A stretch of 64,000 nt of DNA, taken from assembly GCA_964270895.1 (NCBI GenBank), contig OZ185444.1. The stretch is one strand, 5' to 3'. The notes below the pieces were generated by a model. That model made no database searches and had not been told where the DNA came from. It worked only from the letters and a program-made list of their open reading frames with translations. Below, piece by piece: positions 12,225-23,991 of the stretch (positions are counted from its first letter, which is position 1; each line of letters opens with the position of its first letter). This stretch comes from Podarcis filfolensis (Eukaryota). The position numbers and the translations under genes were made by a program.

Positions 12225-14491
12225 TATTTAATCACCTTCAAAGCCACCAACTCAAGGTGATTTACACATAAAATAATTAAAAATGCAAAAAACCCAACAG
12301 CAAATACATTTAAACCAAAACTAAAACCCTAACAAATTGACATTCATGGTAAAGACCCATTTATGCAGCTGTGAAAGTCTGTTCTCTGCAGCATTATGGG
12401 CCTGCTTATGTAGCAGTGGGCTACAGCTCGTGAGCCAATAAGGTATATAGAAAGCCTCTCAGATTTCACACATGGTAACAAAAATTGGTTGTACAATATC
12501 CTTGGTATGAAAATTGGTTCTATAATATCTTAGGTTGTGGGAGAATGTGGAAATCAGCTAAGGTTGTCTGGGCAGAGGAATAGAATTCTAGCCCCTAACT
12601 TCATCTGGCTAGCAGGTGGAAAGACTAAATGCCACGCTTAAGGACTTGCTTGAGTACACTTTCCCTGAAACTGAAGATCAGGACAGGTTGAAGGTTTCGC
12701 TTGCTGAATCTGCAACTCTTATTCCCAAGACAGGCATTGTAGAAAGAAAAATCTGACAGGAACATGATTAGCATGTACAGTTGACTCTGGCATTCCTCTG
12801 TGTTTGTCAGTAGCACTTCTCTCAGTAATTGTGTTACTGCTTGTTCTTTCAAGCTTAGTTTGAGGTCTTTTTATTATTTCTTATTTATTTTCTGTATAGC
12901 CTAGTTTCCGTAAATGCAGTTATACTGGGAGTGAAGGGATGAAGTTACATGGTATCAGATTTGAAATAGGCCAATGGTGGCCTAGGGAGCCCTTATTATG
13001 CAGTTCTGAATCCTTAAACTCCTTGCTTATTAACTCTTGGAAATATTAGGATAGAGCCCCAAGAAAAAAAGACTATTTGATGCTCATACGTATTAATGTA
13101 CACTGAATCATGTCCCCACCATATCCTTTCATCTGTCATTGTTCTTTTTGTGCACTGATTTACCTGTAGCCCTCTAAATGTTTTGGACTTCAATCAACCT
13201 CACTCAGCTTGGTCAATGATCAGAGGCAATGGAAGTTGTGGTCCATCAACATTTGAACAGCCACAGTTTAGCCACACCTGTTTTGTATGCCATGCCATCT
13301 TTTGAACCATAGGAAACATCTTTATAAAAGGCCTAGAAAGTAAACACAGACATGTGATGTAAGACTCACACATCCAGCAACGGAGGAGTGAAATGCTAAC
13401 AGGGAGACCATCACTCTTTGAAATTTTCAGCAGCTCTAAATTATGGAGCCCTTTGAACTGCAGCTGCCTAGCTAAGCTGTCTGTATGTGAACCTTGTCTG
13501 TATGTGAAAATCACCACACTGGCTCTCAAGTAAAACAGTAGAATAATATAAACACAGCATCAGTAAAAGCAGAATAAAAAAGGCAAAGATATAAAAAGTA
13601 TGAAAATATAAAAAGAGAGCTTCAGTTGGCAGCAAAGAGAGTATAAAGATGGTGCCAGATGAGCCTCAATGGGGAGAACACGTTCCACAATTGGGGTGCC
13701 ACCACTGAAAAGATATTTGGCAGAGGTAGTTGGAGAAGGGAAATCTGCTAAAGAGTGACCTCAGGGTTGATCTATGTGGGAAGAGGCTTTTGACCTCAAA
13801 GGTCAAAAAGAGTACTCTCTACCCATGAGTTTTACTTGTGGTGCAGGAAGCAAGTTGGCTAGGTCCTTCTGCTAAATCCCCCAGATCAAACCCTCCGGCA
13901 CCTTACACAAACTGGGACAAAATTGTGATGAATTGTTTGATTCCCATTTGTGTCATTAAAAAGAATTAGAATTGACACAGCTTTGTAGTTCACGGCTGGC
14001 TTAGATTGCAGAGATGAATTCGGCATTATGAACATGTTCCCAAGGGGCCGTTTGGCCTAGAGAACTTCCATAATAAGTTCAAGGTTAACCTCAGAAAAAA
14101 AGTGTCTGGTTTCACAACAGTGATTGACATACCTAAAAGAACAATCAGAAGTGACTCTCAGCCATGCATTGACATATTGCCATGGGTAATAGCCTGAGAG
14201 CAAAGGAATTAGTAGCTGTTTGAAGGTGACTCTTCTAATTCAGGGCAGGTATCATTTTCACAGCTTTCTCTGCTTTGTGCATGAATCTTCCACTGCAGGT
14301 GGTATTGTCATGCAATATTGTCTTTCCATTTAATAGGCTGGGGAATGCTATCTAAAATTAATAAGTGAAATGTAGTCCTAAAGTGTATTCATACACAGAC
14401 ACAATCTTCAAATGATTTTTTCCACAAGCATGATCTTAAAATACAAAAATGCATAATACTGAACCCGTGTAATATGTAAGAACAATATACA

Positions 14492-14493
<2 letters not shown>

Positions 14494-14532
<39 letters not shown>
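14494..14532. repeat. (GT)n microsatellite
   Basis: About 19 units. Confidence 0.95.
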
Positions 14533-14533
<1 letters not shown>

Positions 14534-15774
14534 TTATAAACTTAAACTTAACACATTGTATAACTAGCAGCCTTGTATCCCACTTTGCTTGGGATTTCTA
14601 GGAAACTAAAGAATTGGTTTTGAAACCAGTAGTTAAAATCAGTGCAGTTTTGAAAGTTTCAGCCCACCATCCAGTCGTATACAAACATCAGTGAAAACCT
14701 TCTCCTTGCCCTCAGGAACCGTCATCCTAACTTAAGAGGTGTCCAAATGCATAGTGGACATATAAGCAACTTTCCCAAATATATCAAAGATGCATCATGT
14801 GATCATTATAATCAGTACAGGAAGAGAGTTCTTTACTTGGTGATATGTGACTATCTATGAACAGAAGACTGCTGGAGGTGCCCTGCCTGAACCAATATCA
14901 TTTGTCAATCTGGTTCTAAAATCAAATTTGGGTCCTTAACATCCTTCCTGAATCCATCCAAATGACTCTTACTTGTGAAAAAGAAAAGAGATTCCCTCTG
15001 TTTTGAGAAATACTTCAACTTGGAATTCTTTCACATAAAAAACATATAAAGCCCCAGTGAAACAGCAATTATTACAATGACATATCAGCCTTTATTTCAG
15101 TGAGTTAAGTTTCTCAGAGAGTTAATGAACCCCGGGTGGTGAGTGCCTGGAACCCCTGAAATCTTGCACTGCTCTGAGCTTCTAGTGGTGTGCAACAATA
15201 TGATCGCTTGGTTTCAGGATCAAGATGTCTATAGGTTAATGCAATGTTTAGCCTGAATAAATGTTTCAAAAAAGGCTTGCAAGAGAAGCATTTAATGCCT
15301 GAGCCCTGGGTGTCTTGAAACTGGAGACACTTGTATTTATTTTCTTATAGGTTTTGCCAAATACAATACTTGTTTTCTTGATTGCATACATGGGTACGAT
15401 TTATTATCCAATATTAAATTGCATTTCTTTTGTTCTCATTTCTATTCAGAGAAAGTAATGATAACCAGGAACCTCTGAGAGCTACCCCCAAATTTATTTC
15501 AAAGTAGCCAAATAATACATCTATGATAAAGAGACAGGGAAGGATAAATTAAAGTGAGCTTCAAGGACACTTCATTTAAAAATGCATTTGTGTATGTGCT
15601 CATTAATAGTCTGCTATTATCACTTCTGCTGGAGTAGCTGATGCTGACAATATTCAGTGCCTTGCACTTTTCTTAGTTTCCCCAAGATCTTCTCTTGCCA
15701 CTTTTACACAATTATTCATTTGCAAATGACAGCATTTATCTCTCTGCTATATTTGTACCAGTCTACTGTCACAC

Positions 15775-16147
15775 CTTAAGGGGACACGGGTGGCGCTGTG
15801 GGTAAAACCTCAGCGCCTAGGGCTTGCTGATCGCATGGTCGGCGGTTCGAATTCCCGCGGCGGGGTGAGCTCCCGTCTTTCGGTCCCAGCTCCTGCCCAC
15901 CTAGCAGTTCGAAAGCACCCCAAGTGCAAGTAGATAAATAGGGACCGCTTTATAGTGGGAAGGTAAACGGCTTTTCCGTGTGCTGCGCTGGTGCCGGCTC
16001 GCCAGAGCAGCTTCGTCACGCTGGCCACGTGACCCGGAAGTGTCTCCGGACAGCGCTGGCCCCCGGCCTCTTAAGTGAGATGGACGCACAACCCTAGAGT
16101 CGGACACAACTGGCCCGTACGGGCAAGGGTACCTTTACCTTTACCTT
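15775..16147 (+). mobile_element. Sauria SINE (Squam1), full length
   Basis: tRNA head GGGACACGGGTGGCGCTGTGGG...GGTTCGAATTCCC, typical body, and (ACCTTT)n tail. 11-bp TSD TACTGTCACAC at 15764-74 and 16148-58. There is an extra CTTAAG before the head. Confidence 0.93.
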
Positions 16148-16509
16148 TACTGTCACACTGGTGGTGACAGACAGCACATGTTCCAGGATGAAGGAAGCAT
16201 CACAGGTAGGCAGGCAGTGGGGCAAGCAAGCTGAACTTGCAGTGCTGAGACAAGCAAGTGGGGGGGACAGAGGGGACAGAGCAGGCAAGCAATGGGGGGA
16301 GGGACCTCCAGCAAGAGGTTGGAGCAAGAATGTGCTGGACCTGCAATGGTGAAAGTGCTGAGAATGAGGGCATTGCAGTGGCATGGGTGAGCAAGTAGGA
16401 AACAAAGCAGGTGTGTGAGTTGGGCTTGCAGTAGTGGGGCAGGTCAAGCAAGAAAGGGTTGTGTGGCATGAAATAGGAAAGTGAGCTGGGGTTTGCTGCA
16501 GGCAAATAG

Positions 16510-17310
16510 AATGAGAGGGTCACTATGGGCAAACTCCAAAGGACCCAACAACATCAAACATACCATCTCAGGCCTATTTAATTGCTCATCTTCTAACATT
16601 GTATATGCCATCAAATGCCAGCAGTGCCCTTCAGCTCTCTATATTGGACAAACAGGCCAAACCCTACGCCAAAGGATAAATGGACATAAATCTGACATCA
16701 GGAATCACAAGACAGAGAAGCCAGTAGGAGAACACTTCAGTCTCCCAGGACATTCAATACAGGCTCTCAAAGCAGCTGTCTTATTACAAGAGAATTTCAG
16801 AAATAGACGTGAAAGAGAAGTTGCTGAATTACAACGTATCACTAAACTGAAAACTATGGAGAGACCTGGTCTTAACAGAGATACAGTGGTACCTCGGGTT
16901 AAGAACTTAATTCGTTCTGGAGGTCCATTCTTACCCTGAAACTGTTCTTAACCTGAAGCACCACTTTAGCTAATGGGGCCTCCTGCTGCCGCTGTGTCCC
17001 CAGAGCACGATTTCTGTTCTCATCCTGAAGCAAAGTTCTTAACCTGAGGTACTATTTCAGGGTTAGCAGAGTCTGTAACCTGAAGCGTATATAACCTGAA
17101 GCGTATGTAACCCGAGGTACCACTGTTTTGGATTCCTGTCTCATTACATATGCTAATCATCTGCATACTATCTTTGCTTTTTCTTGTAGGACTAATTGCA
17201 GTCATTAACAGTCATCAACAGGTTTACCATACCCATTGAGTCAATCACCCATCTCCTACTACCCTACTGGGGGAAAAACCCCACCCCACCCTCCCACTAT
17301 ATATGAGAAC
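16510..17310 (+). mobile_element. Penelope-like element 3' fragment (GIY-YIG endonuclease plus 3' region), interrupted by a MITE
   Basis: ISGLFNCSSSNIVYAIKCQQCPSALYIGQTGQTLRQRINGHKSDI...VGEHF...REVAEL...GLNRD has the GIY-YIG (VY...YIG) and C/H signature of Penelope endonucleases. It resumes after 17125 as (I)GFLSHYIC*. Outer boundaries are approximate. Confidence 0.9.
16884..17125 (+). mobile_element. Tigger/pogo-like MITE, 242 bp, inserted in the Penelope ORF
   Basis: TIRs CAGTGGTACCTCGGGTTA / TAACCCGAGGTACCACTG. TA on the left (16882-83), right TSD reads TT. Confidence 0.92.
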
Positions 17311-19271
17311 AGCCATTCTTGGTGACACCCAGGATCTAAGTAGCCAAGCATCCTGTTTCCAGTAATGGTCAGCCATGTGCTTTCAGGAAGCCTCTAAGCA
17401 GGGCATTAAGCCAACACCTCTCTTGCTCTTTGCCACCCCCATCCAATAGTATTCAGAAGCTGACTTTGCTGAAATGGGAGTGCATGTAATTCCTGCTGTG
17501 TAACTATTAAATATGTCTCCTTGTGGTAATTCCTTCAAATATATGGACCTTATATTGCTGCAGCATATGAAATGGAGCTGATTGTGCATACAAATCCTTT
17601 CGCAAACAGTATAATTGCATCTTGCGCACATTTTACTTGTGCAAATTCAGTTATACCCGCTCAACTCTGACGGTAGCCACAGCATTCTGGGCAACAGTTG
17701 CAAAGATGAGTTGCATGTTGCAGCAGAGGGAGATGGAGGAAAAGGATACCCTGGCTCCCATCCTTCTCTGGAGGAAGAAGAAACCCCAGCTGCAGAAGGG
17801 AGGAGAGAGGCTGATAGAGAAAGATGCAAGCAGAAGAAAAAAGCCAGAATGGAGCTTTTTTGCTCATCCCTTCCATAGCCAATGGAACTAGGTTTCTCCT
17901 CTGCTGCTTCCCCACTAATTTTGTAGCCCAGGGAGCTGGATGTCTTGTTCCTCTGGCAATGGAGATGCAGAGAGGTCGTCCATGTGTGAGTGCCCCTTCC
18001 CTTCCAGCAGGCAACATTTGGCTATGAGTGAATTTGCATATCTGTGCTGCCTCTGGTTTGGAGCCCTTTTGTGAACTTCAATCACACTGTATGTGTATAT
18101 ACAGACCATTTTTCACTTTCTTTTTGCAAAGCTCACATTTCTTTCATGTTAGAAAGTCCTCCTTTTAAACAAAACAACAACAACTGTATGCTTCTGTGCT
18201 CTGCTTTGGTCCCTAAAGCTGTAATGAAGAGGTCTGCCACTTATATTGTTCTTAGTGGACAACATGTTCATGGTGCAATAAAGTTCTATGCTTGGAGCTA
18301 AAATAGAGTGCAAGATAAAAGGCAGGCCTTGTTAAAGAGTACAGAGTGAAATCCCTACAGTCAGGGACTCTTAGCCTTTTCCTGACCCTTTTGTCTAAAT
18401 AAACTCTGGATACCAGTGGTAGCTTTTAATGAGAGAGAGTGGAGATGTTGAGGGGAAAATGAGGGTAAGGAGGTTGAGGAAGATGCTTGGAACTATACTA
18501 GATGGATGGGAATAGATAGATGTGAAGCAAGTATGTCAACTCTGCATCTGCTTAGCAAATGCTGCAATTAAGAATTACTGATTTTCTCAGTTACTTTCTC
18601 CAAAGTATAAATACACAAGGTAGTTCCTCGAAACTACCTTGTAGGAAGTGTCAAAACTGAAGTCTGACAATGGAACATTGTGTCAGTAAAATTAGGCTTT
18701 GGGTGTTATAACATTGACATAATCTGTAATGTACGTAAAAGCAGTAAACATTTGCTGATATAGGTTAGTGCCTGGTCTCAAAATATAACAGTTCTTATCC
18801 TGTTGAGATAACGTCTGTACCGGAAAGGTGACCCTGCTTGTCTTTTCCTTAAAGAATTAACCTTTCCCTTTTCTTTTTTAAATGTAGGGCCAGCATCCTC
18901 CCCTAATTTAAAGCCCTTTGGTTTTCAGTTGGCATCCAAAAAAGCATTGCAATGCAAATGATTTATTCTGTGTCCTCAGAATAAATGTTTAAACCTTGTT
19001 GTTTTCCTCTAGTTCAAATTCCAGGGCAGACTATAGTGGATATATGACTTTGGCATAATGGTGTATTTAATTTCCAGTGGTCTACAAGCACAATGCTTTC
19101 GTGATGATAATTCAGCACACTACAGGGCTACAAAGTCAGTTTACATCTTGCAAGGGTAGACGGAGTGAGTCAGTTATAAGAAATTATTCTTGCTTTTAGG
19201 GATTCAGTTGTGTTTCAGACCATAAAATTGGCATGAATTTCAGATAACTATTTGGGTTCAGGGGTGGGACC

Positions 19272-19512
19272 AGGGCCCAATCTGCACTATACATTAAAAG
19301 CACAATCATACCACTTGAAATAGTCATGGCTTCCCCTAAAGAATCCTGGGAGCTGTAGTTTGTTTGGGGTTCTGAAAGTTTTCAGGTGACTCATAGTCAC
19401 TTGGTAGAGCTACAGTCCCTAGAATGGTTTCACAATCAATCCATGTTCCCAAGAACTCATGACTGTTTAAAGTAGCATCATACTGCTTCAAAAGTATAAT
19501 GCAGATGGGACC
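19272..19512. mobile_element. Degenerate fold-back MITE (PIF/Harbinger-like ends)
   Basis: gggcccaatctgcactatacatt... pairs with ...agtataatgcagatgggacc. A related copy lies near 37625-37790. Confidence 0.55.
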
Positions 19513-20147
19513 TATGGCTTTTGCATGTTTGACAGATGGAACCCAAAAGAAGCTTCAGGGATGGGGGAGCCAGTGGTAAGGAGAGTTTACACCTTCTGGG
19601 GAATGTTCATTAGCCCCATCCCCTTGCAATTCTACATTTTGTGCCCTGACTTTCAGCCAGCTGTTCTTATTACCCCCTTGAGTTCATCCTGCTGCCACTG
19701 AGACCTACGAAGGGGGTGACAAGAGGCTTGCAGTGGTTGCTGCCTCTACTGGCATATAGCTATGTGGACCAATCCATAAAATAAGAGATTACTCCCAATT
19801 TTACTAAAACACTCATTGTTGGGTCTCTTCAAGATGGGCTTTGGAATCTTCTTCTGAAACTCATGTCCTCTCACATTCCATGTGGATCCTCTTGTCAACA
19901 AGTCTTTTAACCCACCTTTAGATGTTGCCACTGTAGTGAAACCTGCAAAGCTCAGGCATACAAATCTGGGCTAACCTATATGAGAAGCTGATATTGATGT
20001 CACCAGAGGTCGGTGGAACTCAAAGAGTCAGCAGTTGCCACCACACTATGGGGGTAGCTTTTGAATTTGGGCTTCAATATCCAAGCTTTATTTATTTTCC
20101 CCCCAAAGTGTGTTTGAGTGATGAAGGCATAGAATGTTGCATTTGGC

Positions 20148-20176
20148 TGATTGATTGATTGATTGATTGATTGATT
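20148..20176. repeat. (TGAT)n microsatellite at a reverse LINE tail
   Basis: About 7 units followed by a ttattaaatttctatactgtcc tail-like sequence. Confidence 0.85.
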
Positions 20177-20538
20177 TTATTAAATTTCTATACTGTCCTT
20201 CACCCGAGGATCACAGGGCATCTTACAACATAAAACACAAAAATACACAACATAATCTTAGCACCTTTGGCTCAGATCGTGTCAATGTGACAGTTTGTGG
20301 TTCTGCTTATGTGCAACTCTGGCTATTTTGGAGACCTTTGGAGTGTGCACAGAGCCCTTGTTCCTCCAAACAATTATCTGTATTAATCAAGGGTGACTGA
20401 GCAGCACTTTTTTCAATTTCAAGGGCAAGCATTAGGAAGAATGCTGAGAAACCTGTTTTTTGTAAGAACTACTATCTCTAATAAAGCTTGTCTTTTCCTT
20501 TCCTTCCTTCTCTCTTCCTTGTCCTTTCTGTCTATTAG

Positions 20539-20760
<222 letters not shown>

Positions 20761-22544
20761 TAGAGAACTCTGTTGTTTGAGATGACTATTCTCTGCCTGC
20801 TGTTACTTTCCTTTCATAGTCTGCTGCCTATTCATTTACTGCCAACAGTAAATTAGAGTACCATTTGGGGGGGGGGGGGTTCTGCATACAATATTGTATT
20901 TTAGAACAGGATAAGTGGTAAGGTGTGAATGTGTGGTGGGGGTTGCGTTGCTGTTGGTGTACATTAGAGACTAGGTCAGTGGAACTTTACAAAGAGATAA
21001 TTAATTGCTGATGCAGGAGGAAGAGGCTATAGCGGAATTCAGGGCTACCAACTAAGGCACAGCCAAGAAATCCCATAGCAAAATCAAAATGGCAACATGT
21101 ACTCAAAATGCAGTGAGTGCATCAGTGTTAGGAGGGCAGCGGTTTCTTAAAAGAAGCTTAATGTCGTTTCCTATTGTGGCCTTGCAAAACAAATCAGTAG
21201 AGTTTTTCAAAGTAACTTTCAGAGTATGTTGACAGCAATAATGTGTATTGAAAACACAGTTCAAAAATAACCAGAGTTATGGAGCAGGTATCACGTGGCA
21301 ATTTTTTTAAGAGTTCAGTTTTATTTGTGTTGGAAAAGCTAGGCTGAATCTCTTATGTGTATATTCCTACATGTATTTCTGCAGAGTAGATTAGACTGAG
21401 AACCTGGCTTAGCTAACATAAGTTACGAATGCAGCTTTGATTGAAACAGATCCAGTCATTTAGCATGTACTGCTTCTGTTAACTTAATGGTGAAGGCATC
21501 TGCAGGTAATAATGGTCATGTTCAAGCAAGTTTCCCATCATTTTCCCAATTTAGCTGCTTACCAACTGCATATTTTAACTACAGCAGGAGTCTGCATGGA
21601 GTTTCTGGAACTCATATTAACATTGTGAAACATATTTCTCATTGTTTCTGTTTTTGTAGGTACTAGGCTGTTCATCCTATCCTCCTCTCAGCTATTTTAA
21701 TATTCACACTTTGCTTGCTTTGATTTTTTCCTTCTTCTTATTACAATGTCTGGCACTCTCATTACATTTGATTCCATAATACAGATATGAATTCTGTCCA
21801 TCGCTGGATCATCACATGAAAAAATCTATCTTTTAGTGATTATTTTTTGTTTCTTTAGTCCTTCCTCTGCTTTCCTATTATAACATCTCATAGCAGGTTT
21901 AAAAGAACCTCTTTGGGACAAAGTGCTTCATGAAAAGTACTTAACACAAGGGTAATAATACTGTCCTTAGAAGAGAGCTCCTCCTCTGTAGGAGCCTGGC
22001 TCCATATTCTGCTCCATCCTTCAGGGTAGTTTTGAAATCATTGACTTTCTTACCAGAATTGTTCAGGCACCCAATTGCTGGCTAGAATTGTCTTGTACAA
22101 AACCCTTGTCGGATTTGATATTGTTTGAGCAGATAAAATAATTTTCACAGCAGGTAGTGCAAGGAGGAATAGAATGTCTTCTGAGATGCTAAGAAGAAGC
22201 AATTTTTGCTCAGCCTGTTCAGATTTACATGAAAGACTCATGCTCTTTGGCATTTGAATGCTTGCAAATCATCCTAAATAATCCAACTGCAAATTATGAT
22301 TTGGGATGGGAATAACTTGCGTTTTGCTTGAGAGTGTCAATGATGGAGCTAATGTTAGCCGGAACTAACAGCTACCATTCCCCCCTCAGCAGTGGCAAGC
22401 TCCCTTATAGTTAATCTTAGGCATGCTTAAGGAATTTGTACTTTGCAGATTCCTATATGAAAAAGCCTGATACACACTTCTTGAACTAATGCAGTGACCA
22501 GAATTTAGTAATCCCCTAGATTTTGCCCAACCTCAAATATTCAA

Positions 22545-22810
22545 ACACATAAAGAGAGTCCTGTTGCACCAGGCTAAAGGCCCCTCTAGTCTTAACATCT
22601 TGTTCTTACATTGGCCAATCAGATGCCTTTGGAACCTAACACAACACTCTTGTCACTTGTGTCTCCCAACAATGGATTTTTGGAGGCACATTGCCTCCAG
22701 CAGTGGTGGTAGAACCTATCCATCATGACTAGTAGTCATTGATAGCCTTACCCTCCATAAATTTGTCTAATCTTCTTTTAAAGCTATCCAAACTGGTGGC
22801 CACCACTACC
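22545..22810 (-). mobile_element. CR1 LINE 3' end
   Basis: Reverse complement of the CR1 C-terminus and 3'UTR (gatagccttaccctccataaatttgtctaatc; ttggccaatcagatgcc). Confidence 0.7.
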
Positions 22811-23896
22811 TTTCTTTAAAACACTTTTAACCCATCCTTCAGCCAGTAGGGCTGCAAGGCATCTTACAATCTGAAAAGGGATTGTAAGGGTGGATGGAAA
22901 GCAAACACAGGCACTAACTATTGTTTATGAAGCTGTTTGTCTGTTTTAGAGATTTATAGCCTCCGTTTCAACAAGGTCATAGACTGGTTTATAAAAACAT
23001 CAAGATTTAAAGGGTTTGGTTTTTTATTCCAATTTTGAAAGAGCAGCAAAAGAATAATAATAATTCTCTTCAGATTAAAAAGACTATGTTTGTGTGGAGA
23101 CTTCTCTTGACATCAAAAGGGCATAAATAAAGTTGATGCCAAGTGAGCCTCTCATGGGAGAGCATTCTGTGGGCACCACTGCTGAAAAGGCCATTTCCCC
23201 TTCACACTTTCCTGTTACTTAAGATCATGTTGAAATTGTTTTTCAATCCACTAAAGTGAGGATTGCAAACCAAGTGTCCTTCAGATGTTGCTGGACTACA
23301 ACTCCAGTCACCCCTGACCATTGGCTTTGTTAGCCGGGGTTGATGGGAGTTGGTATCCAACAACATATGGAGGGCATCAGGTTGGCTGTCTCTAAAATAT
23401 TTCAGGATTTATTGAAGAAATAAGGCAGAATAAGTCCATGATGGTGGTTCATTTTCTTAGATGTTTGTGCAGAGAAGATTTGGGATCTTTTCTTAAGATG
23501 TTATAAGAAGCAGAAATCTTTGTTTATTTGTGTGTACATGCATACATATGTATGTTTAATAATTTAGTTTTGGTGATCTTGTGATAATGAATGAATGAGA
23601 TCACCTAATGCACATGTGTTGCACAATTTGTGTGGACCGAATTCCTCTAAGTTGCAACTCCATCAAGTGGTAGAAAGGTATATACATGACTTTCTAATAG
23701 CTGCTTACTTCTGCATACTCACAGTATTTTTGAATGCTTGCTTCCAAGCCAGTTAAGCATGTCACCCTGGGCCCATTCCTTGTGTGAATTGTTGGTTTTT
23801 AGCTGTGGATATAGGTCTGAGTAAGAGAATAGGTTGGTGTCCAGTGCTATAATGTAGATATCGATACTGCATTGGCATAAGGCAAAGAAATTCATC

Positions 23897-23991
23897 AAGC
23901 TCTGATCATGCACACCTGTGCTAATTTCTGCTAATTTCTGTGCTAAGCTCTGATCATGCACACCTGTGCTAATTTCTGTGCTAATTTCTGT
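23897..23991. repeat. Tandem duplication (48-bp period) with internal gctaatttct(gt) subrepeats
   Basis: aagctctgatcatgcacacctgtgctaatttctg starts at both 23897 and 23945. Confidence 0.9.

Noticed and set aside
17615-18027. Cluster of overlapping ORFs, including an acidic/basic stretch (EEEETPAAEGRREADRERCKQKKK)
   Set aside because: No recognisable domain or splice context. Purine-rich composition explains the open frames.
19746-19931. CR1-like RGH..K motif on the minus strand
   Set aside because: Too degenerate to call as a feature with confidence.
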